A stretch of DNA of 64,000 nucleotides from Pseudomonadota bacterium (GCA_018816735.1 JAHIVH010000016.1:9-64008); one strand, 5' to 3'. Shown: positions 31,858 through 43,049, counted from the stretch's first letter. Numbers and translations are program-made. Notes: generated by a model not told the origin, from the sequence alone.

Positions 31858-32784
31858 ATGAGGAGAACTGAACAGATGAGCGAGACCTTGCTGTCGGACC
31901 TGATGAAGACGGATTCTCTCCCTTCGGTTATCAAGGAAGTCAGACACATTCTTGATGCCATATTGCCTGGTATCGATTTCTCAATGGTTATTGCTGCATT
32001 TAATATGACGGTTGATCTTTATGAAGGGCGATTTCCCGGATATCAGGCGTGTAATACCGATTATCACGACTTGAGACACACCACAGATACGATTATTGCC
32101 ATGGTGCGTTTGATCCATGGCGCCTCTATAAAGGGGCAACGGTTTACCGACCGGCAGATCATGCTGGGAATGATCACCGCCCTGTTTCATGATGCAGGTT
32201 ATATTTTAGAGGAATTCGATAATGAAGGCACAGGGGCGAAATATACGGCATTTCATGTGGACAGAAGCATGGCGTTTCTGGGACGGTTTGGGGAGGACCT
32301 GGGGCTTGATCACAGTGAAATCGTAGATGGCCAGCAGATCATTCTCTGTACGGACCTTGAGGCCAAAATACCGGAAATCCGGTTTTCGTCAAAAGAAATT
32401 GAGCTTCTTGGAAAGATGCTCGGTGTGGCTGATCTTTTTGCACAAATGGCTGACAGAACTTATCTTGAAAAACTGAAATTCCTTTATTCGGAATTCAAGG
32501 AAGGACAGATAGGGGATTATACAAGCGAGATTGATCTTTTAAAGAAAACAGTCGGTTTTTATGATTTTATTGAAACGCGGGTAAAGACAATTCTGTCAGG
32601 GACGGATAAATATATGAAGCCCCATTTTGCTCAAAGATGGGGGATTAGTGAGGATCTTTATCATAAGTCCATTTCCAATCAGAAAGCATACCTAAAAAAA
32701 ATACTCGCCAATCCGGACTCGATTGACCCACGGAAATTTTTGAAACGACAAAAAATACAATCCAAATCAGAAAGACAGTGTTAA
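31858..32784 (+). CDS. HD-domain metal-dependent phosphohydrolase
   Basis: YHDLRHT, ALFHDAGY, HVDRS, ADLFAQMA. Confidence 0.8.
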   Translation: MRRTEQMSETLLSDLMKTDSLPSVIKEVRHILDAILPGIDFSMVIAAFNMTVDLYEGRFPGYQACNTDYHDLRHTTDTIIAMVRLIHGASIKGQRFTDRQIMLGMITALFHDAGYILEEFDNEGTGAKYTAFHVDRSMAFLGRFGEDLGLDHSEIVDGQQIILCTDLEAKIPEIRFSSKEIELLGKMLGVADLFAQMADRTYLEKLKFLYSEFKEGQIGDYTSEIDLLKKTVGFYDFIETRVKTILSGTDKYMKPHFAQRWGISEDLYHKSISNQKAYLKKILANPDSIDPRKFLKRQKIQSKSERQC

Positions 32785-32952
32785 CGACCGTTAACACCTC
32801 GCTATTATTTTCATGGTCCTGTTGATTTTTAAAATTTAATGGTATACGATCCTTTCACCTTTTTAAAAGGGACCGATAAGAAAAAAACATACCTGAATAA
32901 AAACAGATCATTGCTGAGCTATATATATTAGACACGTGTCTAATGGAAAGCC

Positions 32953-35160
32953 ATGTTTATGAAACAAATTATGCAGAATTATAAAACCGGAGAATTGAAG
33001 ATTGAGGATGTCCCTACGCCGTTAACAAGGCGGGGTGGTGCGAAGATCAGGACAAGGTACTCCTTGATCAGCGCGGGCACAGAACGGGCGACGCTTGAAA
33101 TATCCAGAAAAAATCTGCTTGGGAAAGCAAAGGCCAGGCCTGATCTTGTAAAAAAAGTCATGGATACCACACGAAAAATCGGGATTAAAAACACCTTTGA
33201 TCTGGTCATGAACAAACTGAATGCCAGTGTCCCCTTGGGTTACAGCCTGTCAGGGGTGGTTCTGGAAATCGCTGATGATGTTTCCGGTATCAGAAAGGGT
33301 GACCGTGTGGCATGTGCAGGTGCAGGGTACGCCAATCATTCGGAGGAGGTTTTTGTCCCCAGAAATTTAATGGCCAAAATTCCTGATTCCGTTACAGATC
33401 AGGAGGCCGCCTTTACAACTGTGGGAAGCATTGCCCTTCACGGTGTGCGTCAGGCCGGGGTTCATATTGGCGACAATGTGGGGGTGATAGGTCTCGGGCT
33501 TGTGGGACAGATGACCGTATCCTTGCTTAAAGCCCATGGTTGCCGGGTATTGGGTATTGATTTAAATGAAAGGTCCGTCTCTCTTTCAAAAGAGATGGGT
33601 GCGGAAATGGCTGTTTTGCGAAATGATTCCCTGCTTGAAGAAAAGATGGAACGCTTTACAAACGGGATTGGACTGGACAGCATTATTATCACTGCCGGAA
33701 CAGATTCCAATGATCCCTTTATGCTTTCAAGCCAGGTCATGCGGGACAGGGGTGTTCTCGTTGTTGTCGGCGGTATCCGGATGGAAATCGTAAAATCCGT
33801 TTCAAGCCTGTTTTATTTGAAGGAAATCGATATCCGGTTCTCGCGGTCATACGGTCCGGGCAGGTACGATGCCCAGTATGAGGAAAAAGGTAATGATTAT
33901 CCGCCGGGTTATGTCCGATGGACGGAAAACAGAAATATGATCTGCTTTCTTGACCTGATTGAGACTGGCAAAATCGATATCAAACCGCTTGTCACCCATA
34001 CGTTCCCTTTTTCCAATGCAATGGATGCTTACAAAATCATTGAAGGAGAGCAATCGGAATTTTATGTTGGCATCCTGTTATCCTATGAGGAACGAAAAAA
34101 ACATGAGCCTGCGAAAATTTTTGTAAATGAACATGAGGCGCTTAAAGGAACGCTTTCTATCGGCATGATCGGCGCCGGAAATTTTGCCCAGGCCAATATT
34201 CTGCCTTTTCTAAAGGGAAACCCGGATGTGAGACTGAATGGCATTTGCACGGCAAAGGGAATGACAGCAAAAAGCGTCGCGGAAAAATTCAGATTCAAAT
34301 ACTGTGCGGGTGATCCATTGGAAATTCTTGATGATAAGGACAGCCAGCTTGTTTTTATCGCCACCCGTCATGATTCTCACGCAGAATACGTGGTAAGGGC
34401 GTTAAGAAAGGGCAAGCACGTATTTGTGGAAAAACCGTTATGTGTCTCACTGCCGCAGCTGGAAGAAATTATCAAAACGGTTGCCCACTTGAAAGACACG
34501 GGAAAGCTGTACGGACTGATGGTGGGCTACAACAGACGGTTTGCACCCTCAAGTTTGAAACTGAAATCGTTTTTTGGCGGATCAGATGCACCGGTAACGC
34601 TTATTTACAGAGTCAATGCCGGTTATATGCCACCGGATAACTGGTATCAGGACCCGGCTCAGGGTGGACGGTTTGTTGGTGAAGGGTGCCACTTTGTGGA
34701 TTTTGCCCAGTTCATTACAGGTTCTGTCCCGGTGTCGGTTCATGCGTTTGGTATCCCCGAAAAACAGAAGACGTCTTCTCTGGTGGACAATCTCACCGTA
34801 TCCATACAGATGAAGAACGGTTCGCTGGTGGTCATTGTTTATAATGCCAGTGGCGCGCCCAATATGCCAAAGGAACGTGTAGAGGTTCTCGGTATGAACA
34901 GTTCAGCCGTACTTGATGATTTTAAGGCCCTTACGTTGTACAGAGGAGGAAAAAAAACAGTAAAACGATTCCCACAGGACAAAGGGTATCATGGAGAAAT
35001 AGCGTCTTATCTGTTGCATGTCAAAACCGGTAAGGGCCAACTGATATCATTTAACAGTCTTGTGGTGACATCCTTGACCACCTTTGCTGCCGTAGAAAGC
35101 ATGAAGGAGAGAAAAAGAATTGATCTTGATACATTCTGCCCTGACATTAAACTGACCTGA
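32953..35160 (+). CDS. Bi-domain oxidoreductase (MDR dehydrogenase plus Gfo/Idh/MocA)
   Basis: SLISAGTE, GLGLVG, SRSYGPGRYD, IGAGNFA, VEKP, VGYNRRF. Confidence 0.9.
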   Translation: MFMKQIMQNYKTGELKIEDVPTPLTRRGGAKIRTRYSLISAGTERATLEISRKNLLGKAKARPDLVKKVMDTTRKIGIKNTFDLVMNKLNASVPLGYSLSGVVLEIADDVSGIRKGDRVACAGAGYANHSEEVFVPRNLMAKIPDSVTDQEAAFTTVGSIALHGVRQAGVHIGDNVGVIGLGLVGQMTVSLLKAHGCRVLGIDLNERSVSLSKEMGAEMAVLRNDSLLEEKMERFTNGIGLDSIIITAGTDSNDPFMLSSQVMRDRGVLVVVGGIRMEIVKSVSSLFYLKEIDIRFSRSYGPGRYDAQYEEKGNDYPPGYVRWTENRNMICFLDLIETGKIDIKPLVTHTFPFSNAMDAYKIIEGEQSEFYVGILLSYEERKKHEPAKIFVNEHEALKGTLSIGMIGAGNFAQANILPFLKGNPDVRLNGICTAKGMTAKSVAEKFRFKYCAGDPLEILDDKDSQLVFIATRHDSHAEYVVRALRKGKHVFVEKPLCVSLPQLEEIIKTVAHLKDTGKLYGLMVGYNRRFAPSSLKLKSFFGGSDAPVTLIYRVNAGYMPPDNWYQDPAQGGRFVGEGCHFVDFAQFITGSVPVSVHAFGIPEKQKTSSLVDNLTVSIQMKNGSLVVIVYNASGAPNMPKERVEVLGMNSSAVLDDFKALTLYRGGKKTVKRFPQDKGYHGEIASYLLHVKTGKGQLISFNSLVVTSLTTFAAVESMKERKRIDLDTFCPDIKLT

Positions 35161-35170
35161 TGGATGATTC

Positions 35171-36352
35171 ATGAAAAAAAAAGCACTTATATTTATTGAA
35201 GATGGTTCATATACTTATGATAATCGAGTGATCAGAGAAGCCTCTGCGCTTGTGGATGCGGGGTGGGATATTACGGTGGTTTGCCCGAAATATTCTGATG
35301 ATCCTTTTAAAAGAGAGATAAATGATGCGTTGCGGATTTATTTTTATCCCAAACCCAATGCTGAAAACGTTCTTGGGCATATTTTCGAACATATGGTGTC
35401 GCTGATTCTGGGATCGGCCTTGACATTCTATATAGCTATCAGGCATGGATTTTCGGTCTTTCATGCCTGTAATCCCATGGATATTCTATGGCTGGTGGCC
35501 CTGCCTTACAAGCTTGCCGGTAAAAAATTCATTTTTGATCATCATGACCTGTGTCCGGAACTCCTCCTTTCCAGAAAAGAAGGGAACAAAAGTAGTTTTT
35601 TTTATAAAACACTTATTTTTTTGGAGAAGTTTTCATTTAGAATGGCAGATGTGGTGATCACTACCAATACATCATATAAAGATGTGGCTGTCCGCCGGGG
35701 GGGGAAAAAAGAAGACAGCATCTTTGTGGTAAGAAACGGCCCTGACCTGAATAAATTTAAAAAGGTGCCACCTAAAAATGGCCTAAAGAAGGAGAATGAA
35801 ATCCTCGTGGGCTATCTGGGCAATATGAATTATCAGGATGGCGTGGACTACCTTTTAAAAACTGCAAAGCATGTGGTATCAAATCGGCAGGATATAAAAT
35901 TTGTATTGATAGGCGGGGGAGGATACCAGGCCAACCTGAAAGAACTTGCAGCAGATATGGGGTTAAACGGAAATGTGATCTTTACCGGTCGCCTGCCTGA
36001 CGAAGAGATGCTGCAAACCCTTTGTGCCTGTGACATCTGTGTCCAGCCAGACCCGGTCAACGCATTGAATAATGTCTCCACGATGAACAAGGCCATGGAA
36101 TATATGGCGCTTGAAAAACCGGTCATTACATTTGATTTGAAAGAAACCCGCGTGTCATGCGGAGAGGCGGCCATTTATGTCACACCCAATAATACGGAAG
36201 AATTTGCCGAAAAAATTCTTCATCTGGCCGACAATACCCGCCTGAGGAAAAGAATGGCCAGGAAGGCCATGGAACGCGTCAGCAAATATTTGTCCTGGGA
36301 TCATTCCATTCCTTATCTTTTAAAGGCCTATGATTTTGCACTAAAAAGATAG
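35171..36352 (+). CDS. Glycosyltransferase family 4
   Basis: DNRVIREA, FDHHDLCPE, STMNKAMEYMA. Confidence 0.9.
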   Translation: MKKKALIFIEDGSYTYDNRVIREASALVDAGWDITVVCPKYSDDPFKREINDALRIYFYPKPNAENVLGHIFEHMVSLILGSALTFYIAIRHGFSVFHACNPMDILWLVALPYKLAGKKFIFDHHDLCPELLLSRKEGNKSSFFYKTLIFLEKFSFRMADVVITTNTSYKDVAVRRGGKKEDSIFVVRNGPDLNKFKKVPPKNGLKKENEILVGYLGNMNYQDGVDYLLKTAKHVVSNRQDIKFVLIGGGGYQANLKELAADMGLNGNVIFTGRLPDEEMLQTLCACDICVQPDPVNALNNVSTMNKAMEYMALEKPVITFDLKETRVSCGEAAIYVTPNNTEEFAEKILHLADNTRLRKRMARKAMERVSKYLSWDHSIPYLLKAYDFALKR

Positions 36353-36354
36353 AC

Positions 36355-37845
36355 TCAGACAGAAGGCCTTTTCCCAAACCAGGGGCATGCATTTTCGAGC
36401 TGGCCAGCCAGGCGGAAAAGGGTTTTTTCATCACCAAAAGGCGCCATAAATTGAACACCTATGGGTAAATTGTTGGGCGCCCAGTGAAGGGGCAGGGTCA
36501 TGGCCGGCTGGCCTGTAAGATTGGGCAGTTGCGTGAATGGTGTTTTTTCAAGGCTCGTTATCGCGGTCTTTTTATGCATGCCGGAGGCCACAAGAAGTTT
36601 TCCAAGGTCAAGGGCGTTGATGATTTTCATTCCCAGCAGCTCATAAGGTTTGGGTTTGAGCTCTCCGATTTTGATCGGTGGAAATGCAAGGGTCGGTGTC
36701 ATGTAGATGTCCCATGTCTGATGAAACCTGCCCATGATTCGCGCCGCTTCATCCCATTTGTTGATGGCATCAACAAAATCGCCTGCGGTAACGGTTCGGC
36801 CGATGAGGCCGATTGTCCAGGTCATCATTTCCACATCCTCTCTTCTGGCAGGCCTTCCCAAAACGGATTTTATTTTTTTCAGTTCAGCCGCTACCGTGCC
36901 ATAGTACATGGTAAAGTAGCTCTGGGCAAGTGCTTCTCCGTCAATTTCAGGTTCTTTTTCTTCAACACGATGACCCATATCTTCAAGGATTTTGACCGCA
37001 CGTTCAACGGCTTTGATGCATTCCGGGTGGACATCCGTGTGAATGGGCGATTTCGTGCAGAATGCGATCTTAAGGCTGCCGGGATTTTTCGCCACTTCGG
37101 AAAGATACGGACCCTCCGGAGGGATAATCGTAAACGGTGCACCCGGATCAGGGCCGTTTGTCCTGTCGAGCATGGCGGCGCTGTCTCTTACGGATCTGCT
37201 GATCACCCCTTCTGTGGCCGCGCCCTGCCAGAGCCTGCCATCTTTGGGACCGGAAGGATTTCTCCCCCGGGACGGTTTCAGTCCGAAAAGACCGCAGCAG
37301 GACGCGGGAATCCGGATGGACCCGCCGCCATCATTTCCGGATGCCATGGGAACCATGCCGCCTGCCACAGCCGCACCTGAACCGCCGCTTGAGCCGCCGG
37401 GTGTATGATTGGTATTCCATGGGTTCTTAGACGGACCAAACGCTTCAGGCTCCGTAATGCCCATCAGGCCGAACTCCGGCAGATTGGTTTTGCCGAATAT
37501 AACGAGCCCTGATTTTTTAAAGCGAGTGACAATTTCACTGTCATAATCAGAAATATAGTTGAGGTAGGCTTTTGAGCCGCTGGTCATGCGGACGCCCTTA
37601 TAGCTGGTAAGACCGTCCTTGATTAAAAAAGGCACACCTTTGAAGATATCTTCCGGAAGAGGATTTTTCAGGGTTTCCCGGGCAATGTCAAACATAGGCG
37701 TTACCACGGCATTCAATTTGGGATTTATTTCTTCGGTCCTCTTGATGGCTTCTTCCAGAAGTTCTACAGGTGAGATTTTTTTTGTGTTTACAAGTTCGCC
37801 AAGGCCTATGGCATCGTACTGATCATATTCCTTAAATCCGCTCAT
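36355..37845 (-). CDS. Amidase (amidase signature family)
   Basis: GKTNLPE, GGSSGGS, DGGGSIRIPAS. Confidence 0.94.
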   Translation of the reverse strand: MSGFKEYDQYDAIGLGELVNTKKISPVELLEEAIKRTEEINPKLNAVVTPMFDIARETLKNPLPEDIFKGVPFLIKDGLTSYKGVRMTSGSKAYLNYISDYDSEIVTRFKKSGLVIFGKTNLPEFGLMGITEPEAFGPSKNPWNTNHTPGGSSGGSGAAVAGGMVPMASGNDGGGSIRIPASCCGLFGLKPSRGRNPSGPKDGRLWQGAATEGVISRSVRDSAAMLDRTNGPDPGAPFTIIPPEGPYLSEVAKNPGSLKIAFCTKSPIHTDVHPECIKAVERAVKILEDMGHRVEEKEPEIDGEALAQSYFTMYYGTVAAELKKIKSVLGRPARREDVEMMTWTIGLIGRTVTAGDFVDAINKWDEAARIMGRFHQTWDIYMTPTLAFPPIKIGELKPKPYELLGMKIINALDLGKLLVASGMHKKTAITSLEKTPFTQLPNLTGQPAMTLPLHWAPNNLPIGVQFMAPFGDEKTLFRLAGQLENACPWFGKRPSV

Positions 37846-37866
37846 GATAGTCTCCTTTGTCTTCCA

Positions 37867-39126
37867 TTATATTGCGGCAAATGGAATGCCAATTAATTTT
37901 TCATCGATCATCGTGACTTTTTTATCATTATGGATGACGATACCGTAGGGGCAGTCTCTTTCCCGGATAAAGTCTTTGATTCCTCTCAGCTCTTTTGAAT
38001 TGACGGTCTGACCGTATTTGATTTCTATGGGCAAAAGACCGAATTCTCCTTCAAGGATTAAATCGATTTCAGCTCCTGCACTTGTCCGATAATAGTAGTA
38101 ATCAAATTGGGCTCCCAATGCATTGAAGCCTCGGATGATATTTTCAATAACCAACGCTTCCCAGGATCCGCCCATGGACGGGTGAACAAGAAGTTCGTTC
38201 AGGGTATATTGGTGAAGCATGAAATGAAGAAGTCCGGTATCTCTCAGATATCCTCTGGGGTGCTTGACGATTCGTTTGACTGCGTTTTTTTCATATGCAG
38301 GAATGCTTCGCCATAAAAAGGTGCCATGCGCAATCTGAAAATAGTCTCTTGTCGTCGGCTGCGATACGCCAAGAGATCGGGCCACCGTTGAATAGTTGAT
38401 AATCGTTCCGGATAAATTGGATAGCATTTGAATAAACATTCTGTATTTTCCACTGTTCAACCCTGGAAACAGTTTTAAAATATCGCGGTCCAGATATGTT
38501 TTAATGTAATTTTGCATCCAGAGTTTGAAAAATCTTGGATTATTCTTAATCCATGGTTCCGGATAGCCGCCTCTCAGCCAGTACTCATGAATCTTTGATA
38601 TGTCTACCTTAGGTTTGAGCTGATCATGGAATGCTTTGGGTTTTTCCCCTGACAGTATCATTTTGAAAAAATCGGATTGAGAATATTCACAGGCTTCAGT
38701 CAGTGAAAACGGGGCAAGTTCAATAATGGCGACTCGGCCTGCAAGACTTTCTGAAATATTTTTCAGAAGTTCAGGAGAGCTTGATCCGGTAATGATATAT
38801 CTTCCGGTTTTCTCTCGGTCGGAATCGATGGCTGCTCTCAGTGCCGGGAAAAGATAAGGCATCATCTGGCATTCATCGATGGCTGTAAATTCAGCATTTA
38901 ACCGTAAAAAAAGATCCGGGTCATTGGAAATTAGCTGAAAATCGCTATTTGTTTCAAGGTCAAAAATAGTCCATGTGTCCGGCAGCATCTTCAGGAGTGT
39001 TGTTTTGCCGCATTGCCTGACACCCAGAATTGCTACGCAGGGAAAAAGCTCGATCAGCTCATTTAATAATGAAAGATAATGTCGTTTCATACATTGAAAT
39101 TTAAAATATTGACTTTGAAAATGCAA
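37867..39126 (-). CDS. AAA+ ATPase with DUF4143 C-terminal domain
   Basis: GVRQCGKTT, IDECQ, ITGSS, GGYP, EIDLI..PIEIK. Confidence 0.88.
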   Translation of the reverse strand: MHFQSQYFKFQCMKRHYLSLLNELIELFPCVAILGVRQCGKTTLLKMLPDTWTIFDLETNSDFQLISNDPDLFLRLNAEFTAIDECQMMPYLFPALRAAIDSDREKTGRYIITGSSSPELLKNISESLAGRVAIIELAPFSLTEACEYSQSDFFKMILSGEKPKAFHDQLKPKVDISKIHEYWLRGGYPEPWIKNNPRFFKLWMQNYIKTYLDRDILKLFPGLNSGKYRMFIQMLSNLSGTIINYSTVARSLGVSQPTTRDYFQIAHGTFLWRSIPAYEKNAVKRIVKHPRGYLRDTGLLHFMLHQYTLNELLVHPSMGGSWEALVIENIIRGFNALGAQFDYYYYRTSAGAEIDLILEGEFGLLPIEIKYGQTVNSKELRGIKDFIRERDCPYGIVIHNDKKVTMIDEKLIGIPFAAI

Positions 39127-39236
39127 GGTTAAAAATGACTATATGCTGGAAAGATTAAACTGGAATAAGATGTCAAATTTTTTGAAAACACTCAAAAAAC
39201 GTATTTCCATTTATAAAACAATGTCAAAAAAAAGTG

Positions 39237-42200
39237 TTAATCTTCACTGTATTTAGGGAAAAAAATCCTTACGGTGGTTCCCTTTCCGTATTCACTGTCT
39301 ACCAGAATTTCACCGTTGTGGGCGTGAACGATGCCATGCACTACAGAGAGGCCCAACCCCGATCCCTTGTCCACGTCTCTTGTTGTGAAGTACGGGTCAA
39401 ATATGCGTTCCCTGATATCGGGATGAATGCCATAACCTGTGTCTTTTATGGAAAGTTCAACATATTTCCCGGCAGGCAGATCAAAATAAGGATAGGATAC
39501 TTTTTCTGTGAATTCCCTGTTGGCCAGATGGATATCAATTGATCCGTTGTTATTATCTATCGCCTGAACCGAATTCATGCAGAGATTAATGATGAGCTGG
39601 CTGATTTGTGCTGCAGACGCGTTAACAGGTTCGATGTCTTCTGAAATTATTTTTCGAAGGGCTATGTTTTCCGGAATGGAGGCTCTTAACAGCGTACTGG
39701 CTTCTTCAATCACTCTATCAAGCCGGGTTGATTTTTTGAATGTCTCCGGTACTTTGCTTACGCTTAATAGTTGTCTCACCACATTTTTTGCCCGGAGGCT
39801 TGCAGATTTGATTTCTTCAAGATTCAAATGGACGGCATGACTTTCAGGTATGTCATCCTGTGCCAGCTCGACATTTCCAATAATGATTCCCAGTATGTTG
39901 TTGAAGTCATGGGCGATGCCTCCGGCAAGCGTTCCAATGGCTTCTATTTTACGGGCTTTACGAACTTGGGATTCCCTTTTTTCTTTTTCTTTCAGTGAAT
40001 GAATTAACGTTTCCTGACTTTGGCGCGTTCTGGCAATTTCCATGGAGGCCGTTGCATGCATAAGAAGATATTCTGAAATTTCAACGTGCGTTTCATCAAA
40101 CGCATTTGGAAAAAGATAGTTTTCAAGATAGAGAACACCTGTTGGCACGCCATTATTTTTAACAGGAAGAATAAGAACGGATTTCGGCAGAAGGGTAGAT
40201 ATGCAGGGGGCGTTTTCGAATGTGGATTCTTTTGTGGGGTTATGGAGAAGGATTCTTTCGTTCTTGTTTATGACCTCTTGGATGGATGATTTCAAAAGAT
40301 GAGGATAATTTTCAACAGGGATGGCGGGTTTGACATGAATGACATCTCCATTGTCTGTGGTCATGGCATCAATATAGAGGTTCCCGTTTTCTTTATAAGT
40401 GACCGATACCGTTTTTTCCGAACCAGTGAGTTCTGATATTATTATCATTGTGGTTGCCAGAAGTTTGTCCGGTTCTGTTTGACGAGACAAGCGCCTGGTG
40501 GCATTCATGAAAGATTTAAGATCGAATGGTTCCGGTAGTCTGCCGGGTGGAGATTCGTCATGGCCGGGAATGATAGAAAGAGAAGAAATGAACGGGAATG
40601 TTTGTTCAATGTTTTTGACCAGTGCGTCTGCGTGCCAATTTTTATAACACAAAAGTGCTTTTGACAAATATGTATTTGCAAAAGCATGTTCTCCTTTTCT
40701 TTGCCAGAATTTACCTGCGAGTTCATTTGAAAGACTTTCAACAAGAACAAGTCGATTTTTTTCCGCAGCCTTGATTGCTTCGTTGTAAAGCCTGATTGCC
40801 TGAATGTCATTTTCGAAAATTCTTTCTTTTTCAGCAGAAATGAGAAGTTCATAGGCGGAGATATCTTTCGGGTAAGAACGAACCCATTTTTTTATAGCAC
40901 GGGACCAATTCTCAATTTCTTTCTCGATTTTATTGTGCTCCTTTTGAGGTGCTTTTTTGTGCTGGCAGATAAGGATGAGTATTTTGAAAAACAGGAGATG
41001 ATCTCTTTCCGGGTAGTAGCTAAGGACGGTCAGGTTACTCTTTTCAAAAATTGAAATCGCCTGGGATTCAAGCCCCAATAAATAAAAAGCCATAAGTTTG
41101 TATGCATCAAGGTTGGCCATTAAAACAGGTATATCCTTATATTGCTTTCTGAAGTCTTCTTCGTTGAAGTCATTGTGATCAAATGATCCCAATGTTTGTG
41201 TTTCTCCCTTTAGAGACAATATGAACGCCTTGAATATTTCGATGATCAGCGCTGTTTTGAAATGACCTTTATGAGGTTTTAGATAGCGTTCTATTTCAAG
41301 GAGGTCTTTAAAAATGATGTCAAGGGGTATGCCTGAAAAAAATTCTTCCTTGAGAAAATTTGATGCATCAATCCAGGTAGAAAAACAATCACCAGATGTC
41401 AGGGTTTCCATGACCTTTTTTTTGAAATGAGGTATTGTGTCTGAGCCTTGTGCTGCAGGATGAGATATAAAATTACCCAAAATATGCGGCAGTCTGGATG
41501 ATGTATGGTCGTTTTTTTTTGCTTTTGCATTCAGTTTTTCTGCGAATTCAGAAAATTGATACGCGGATTCATAGTCTTCCTGTGAAGCCAAAACCGCAGA
41601 TTGATAAGCATACCCCAGGGGGGACATCCGCGTATAACCCTTCTGGCGGCTTCGGTTTATCATGGTTAAGGTGATAACCTTCAAATACTCAGGAATCTCA
41701 AGAATGACGTAATCAAGAAGCATTGACAATATGCCCGTCACCATATTTTCTTCAGGAGACTTGTTAATCATTGCCGTTTCCAGATGATCAGAAGAAGGCA
41801 GTGAAGGTTGCATGTCAAATCGGGATTTTTGATGAGTGTGATACAGGCTTATGGCTTCTGAATCAAACGGGTCCGGTAAAAAAACGTTCATTTTTTGAAG
41901 GGCTTTAATGCCCAGAGAAATTGCTTTCTTATCGTTACCTTTGAATGATAAGGCAGACATTTCAATTAAATATAACTGGCATGTTTCCAGGTCAGTGACA
42001 CATTTTTCGGATGCTACGGAAAGCAGTTGTTTGAATCCAGTTTTATTGCTTGTAACAAATTCACAGAAAATACTTTCCATGTAAATTTCAAATGCGAGTT
42101 CACGATGCGTTTCCCAGGCATCCTGATGGAGCATTCCCCGTGCGACAGACAGAAAATAACGGGCCTTTTTAAAGAGAAATCTATTTTTCATGCGTCTGCC

Positions 42201-42692
42201 TGCATTCAGATTCAATTCGGAAAGCATGATTCGTTCGGTTGGATTGATGATGAAATCCTGGCCCAGATTCATGTGCTTCACGATCTGGAAGATATTGTCA
42301 CTCAAGGTGTTTGGAGAAATACCTGCGATGAGTTTCCGGCCAATTGTTAAATGAATACTTTTATTTTTTCTGTGATCTGACAGGCGATGAAAAAAAAATC
42401 TGAATTCTTTTTTGGCAAATCTATAAGACCCATGGCGTATATGCGGACTGTCTTTTATGAAGTCCTTTGGCGTGGGATTCTTTTCATCTGTTTGTATTTC
42501 CGGAATGATGACTTTTGACTGGATGGCAGGCCAAAGTATATTATATATGTCTTTTGAAGGAAGATTTTCTGCAACAGCAAGATGCTCAGTAAAGAATCTG
42601 TGGCCAAGAAAGCTCGCAGTGCAGAGCAGGCGTTTTGCAGAATCAGTCATATCTTCAAGTACTGGGTCATTTTTTTCAAGATCATCACTCAT
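39237..42692 (-). CDS. GAF histidine kinase with a long helical/TPR-like N-terminus
   Basis: LAGGIAHDFNN, GVLYLEN GAF, FDPYFTT. N-terminus resembles the region that follows the AAA domain in S/T-kinase-AAA-GAF-HK proteins. Confidence 0.75.
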   Translation of the reverse strand: MSDDLEKNDPVLEDMTDSAKRLLCTASFLGHRFFTEHLAVAENLPSKDIYNILWPAIQSKVIIPEIQTDEKNPTPKDFIKDSPHIRHGSYRFAKKEFRFFFHRLSDHRKNKSIHLTIGRKLIAGISPNTLSDNIFQIVKHMNLGQDFIINPTERIMLSELNLNAGRRMKNRFLFKKARYFLSVARGMLHQDAWETHRELAFEIYMESIFCEFVTSNKTGFKQLLSVASEKCVTDLETCQLYLIEMSALSFKGNDKKAISLGIKALQKMNVFLPDPFDSEAISLYHTHQKSRFDMQPSLPSSDHLETAMINKSPEENMVTGILSMLLDYVILEIPEYLKVITLTMINRSRQKGYTRMSPLGYAYQSAVLASQEDYESAYQFSEFAEKLNAKAKKNDHTSSRLPHILGNFISHPAAQGSDTIPHFKKKVMETLTSGDCFSTWIDASNFLKEEFFSGIPLDIIFKDLLEIERYLKPHKGHFKTALIIEIFKAFILSLKGETQTLGSFDHNDFNEEDFRKQYKDIPVLMANLDAYKLMAFYLLGLESQAISIFEKSNLTVLSYYPERDHLLFFKILILICQHKKAPQKEHNKIEKEIENWSRAIKKWVRSYPKDISAYELLISAEKERIFENDIQAIRLYNEAIKAAEKNRLVLVESLSNELAGKFWQRKGEHAFANTYLSKALLCYKNWHADALVKNIEQTFPFISSLSIIPGHDESPPGRLPEPFDLKSFMNATRRLSRQTEPDKLLATTMIIISELTGSEKTVSVTYKENGNLYIDAMTTDNGDVIHVKPAIPVENYPHLLKSSIQEVINKNERILLHNPTKESTFENAPCISTLLPKSVLILPVKNNGVPTGVLYLENYLFPNAFDETHVEISEYLLMHATASMEIARTRQSQETLIHSLKEKEKRESQVRKARKIEAIGTLAGGIAHDFNNILGIIIGNVELAQDDIPESHAVHLNLEEIKSASLRAKNVVRQLLSVSKVPETFKKSTRLDRVIEEASTLLRASIPENIALRKIISEDIEPVNASAAQISQLIINLCMNSVQAIDNNNGSIDIHLANREFTEKVSYPYFDLPAGKYVELSIKDTGYGIHPDIRERIFDPYFTTRDVDKGSGLGLSVVHGIVHAHNGEILVDSEYGKGTTVRIFFPKYSED

Positions 42693-43049
42693 TATGATTT
42701 TTTTTATATGGCCTGGTCATAGCCCATACGTTCCCTGTGCATATAGAAACGGTTCAAGGTGTTAATATAAAGGAAAGTATCATCAACCCGGCGCTGCATG
42801 CCAGAATACCAGGTGATATTTAAGTTGGCCCTGAATGGTCCCTATTTTATTTTTTTTGGATATCCCTGATTCAGTTAAGTTGTCTAAACACAATTGTTCT
42901 AAAGAATCAAATTGTTTTTTGTGTATTATAAGTATTTGAAATAACATATTTTATTTTCAACAAATAAATCCAGTTGCTTTTTTAAATGGTTGTTCTATCC
43001 TTGCGAAAAAATAGGAAATAAATGAATTCTCAGAAGGAGGAATGAATAT

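Noticed and set aside
36484-37380. 298-aa antisense ORF over the amidase, and similar long shadow ORFs over ppdK, trp and the regulator
   Set aside because: No recognisable motifs. Shadows of codon usage in real genes
37867-39126. AAA+ DUF4143 protein as a novel defence system
   Set aside because: Common stand-alone family with no partner genes here
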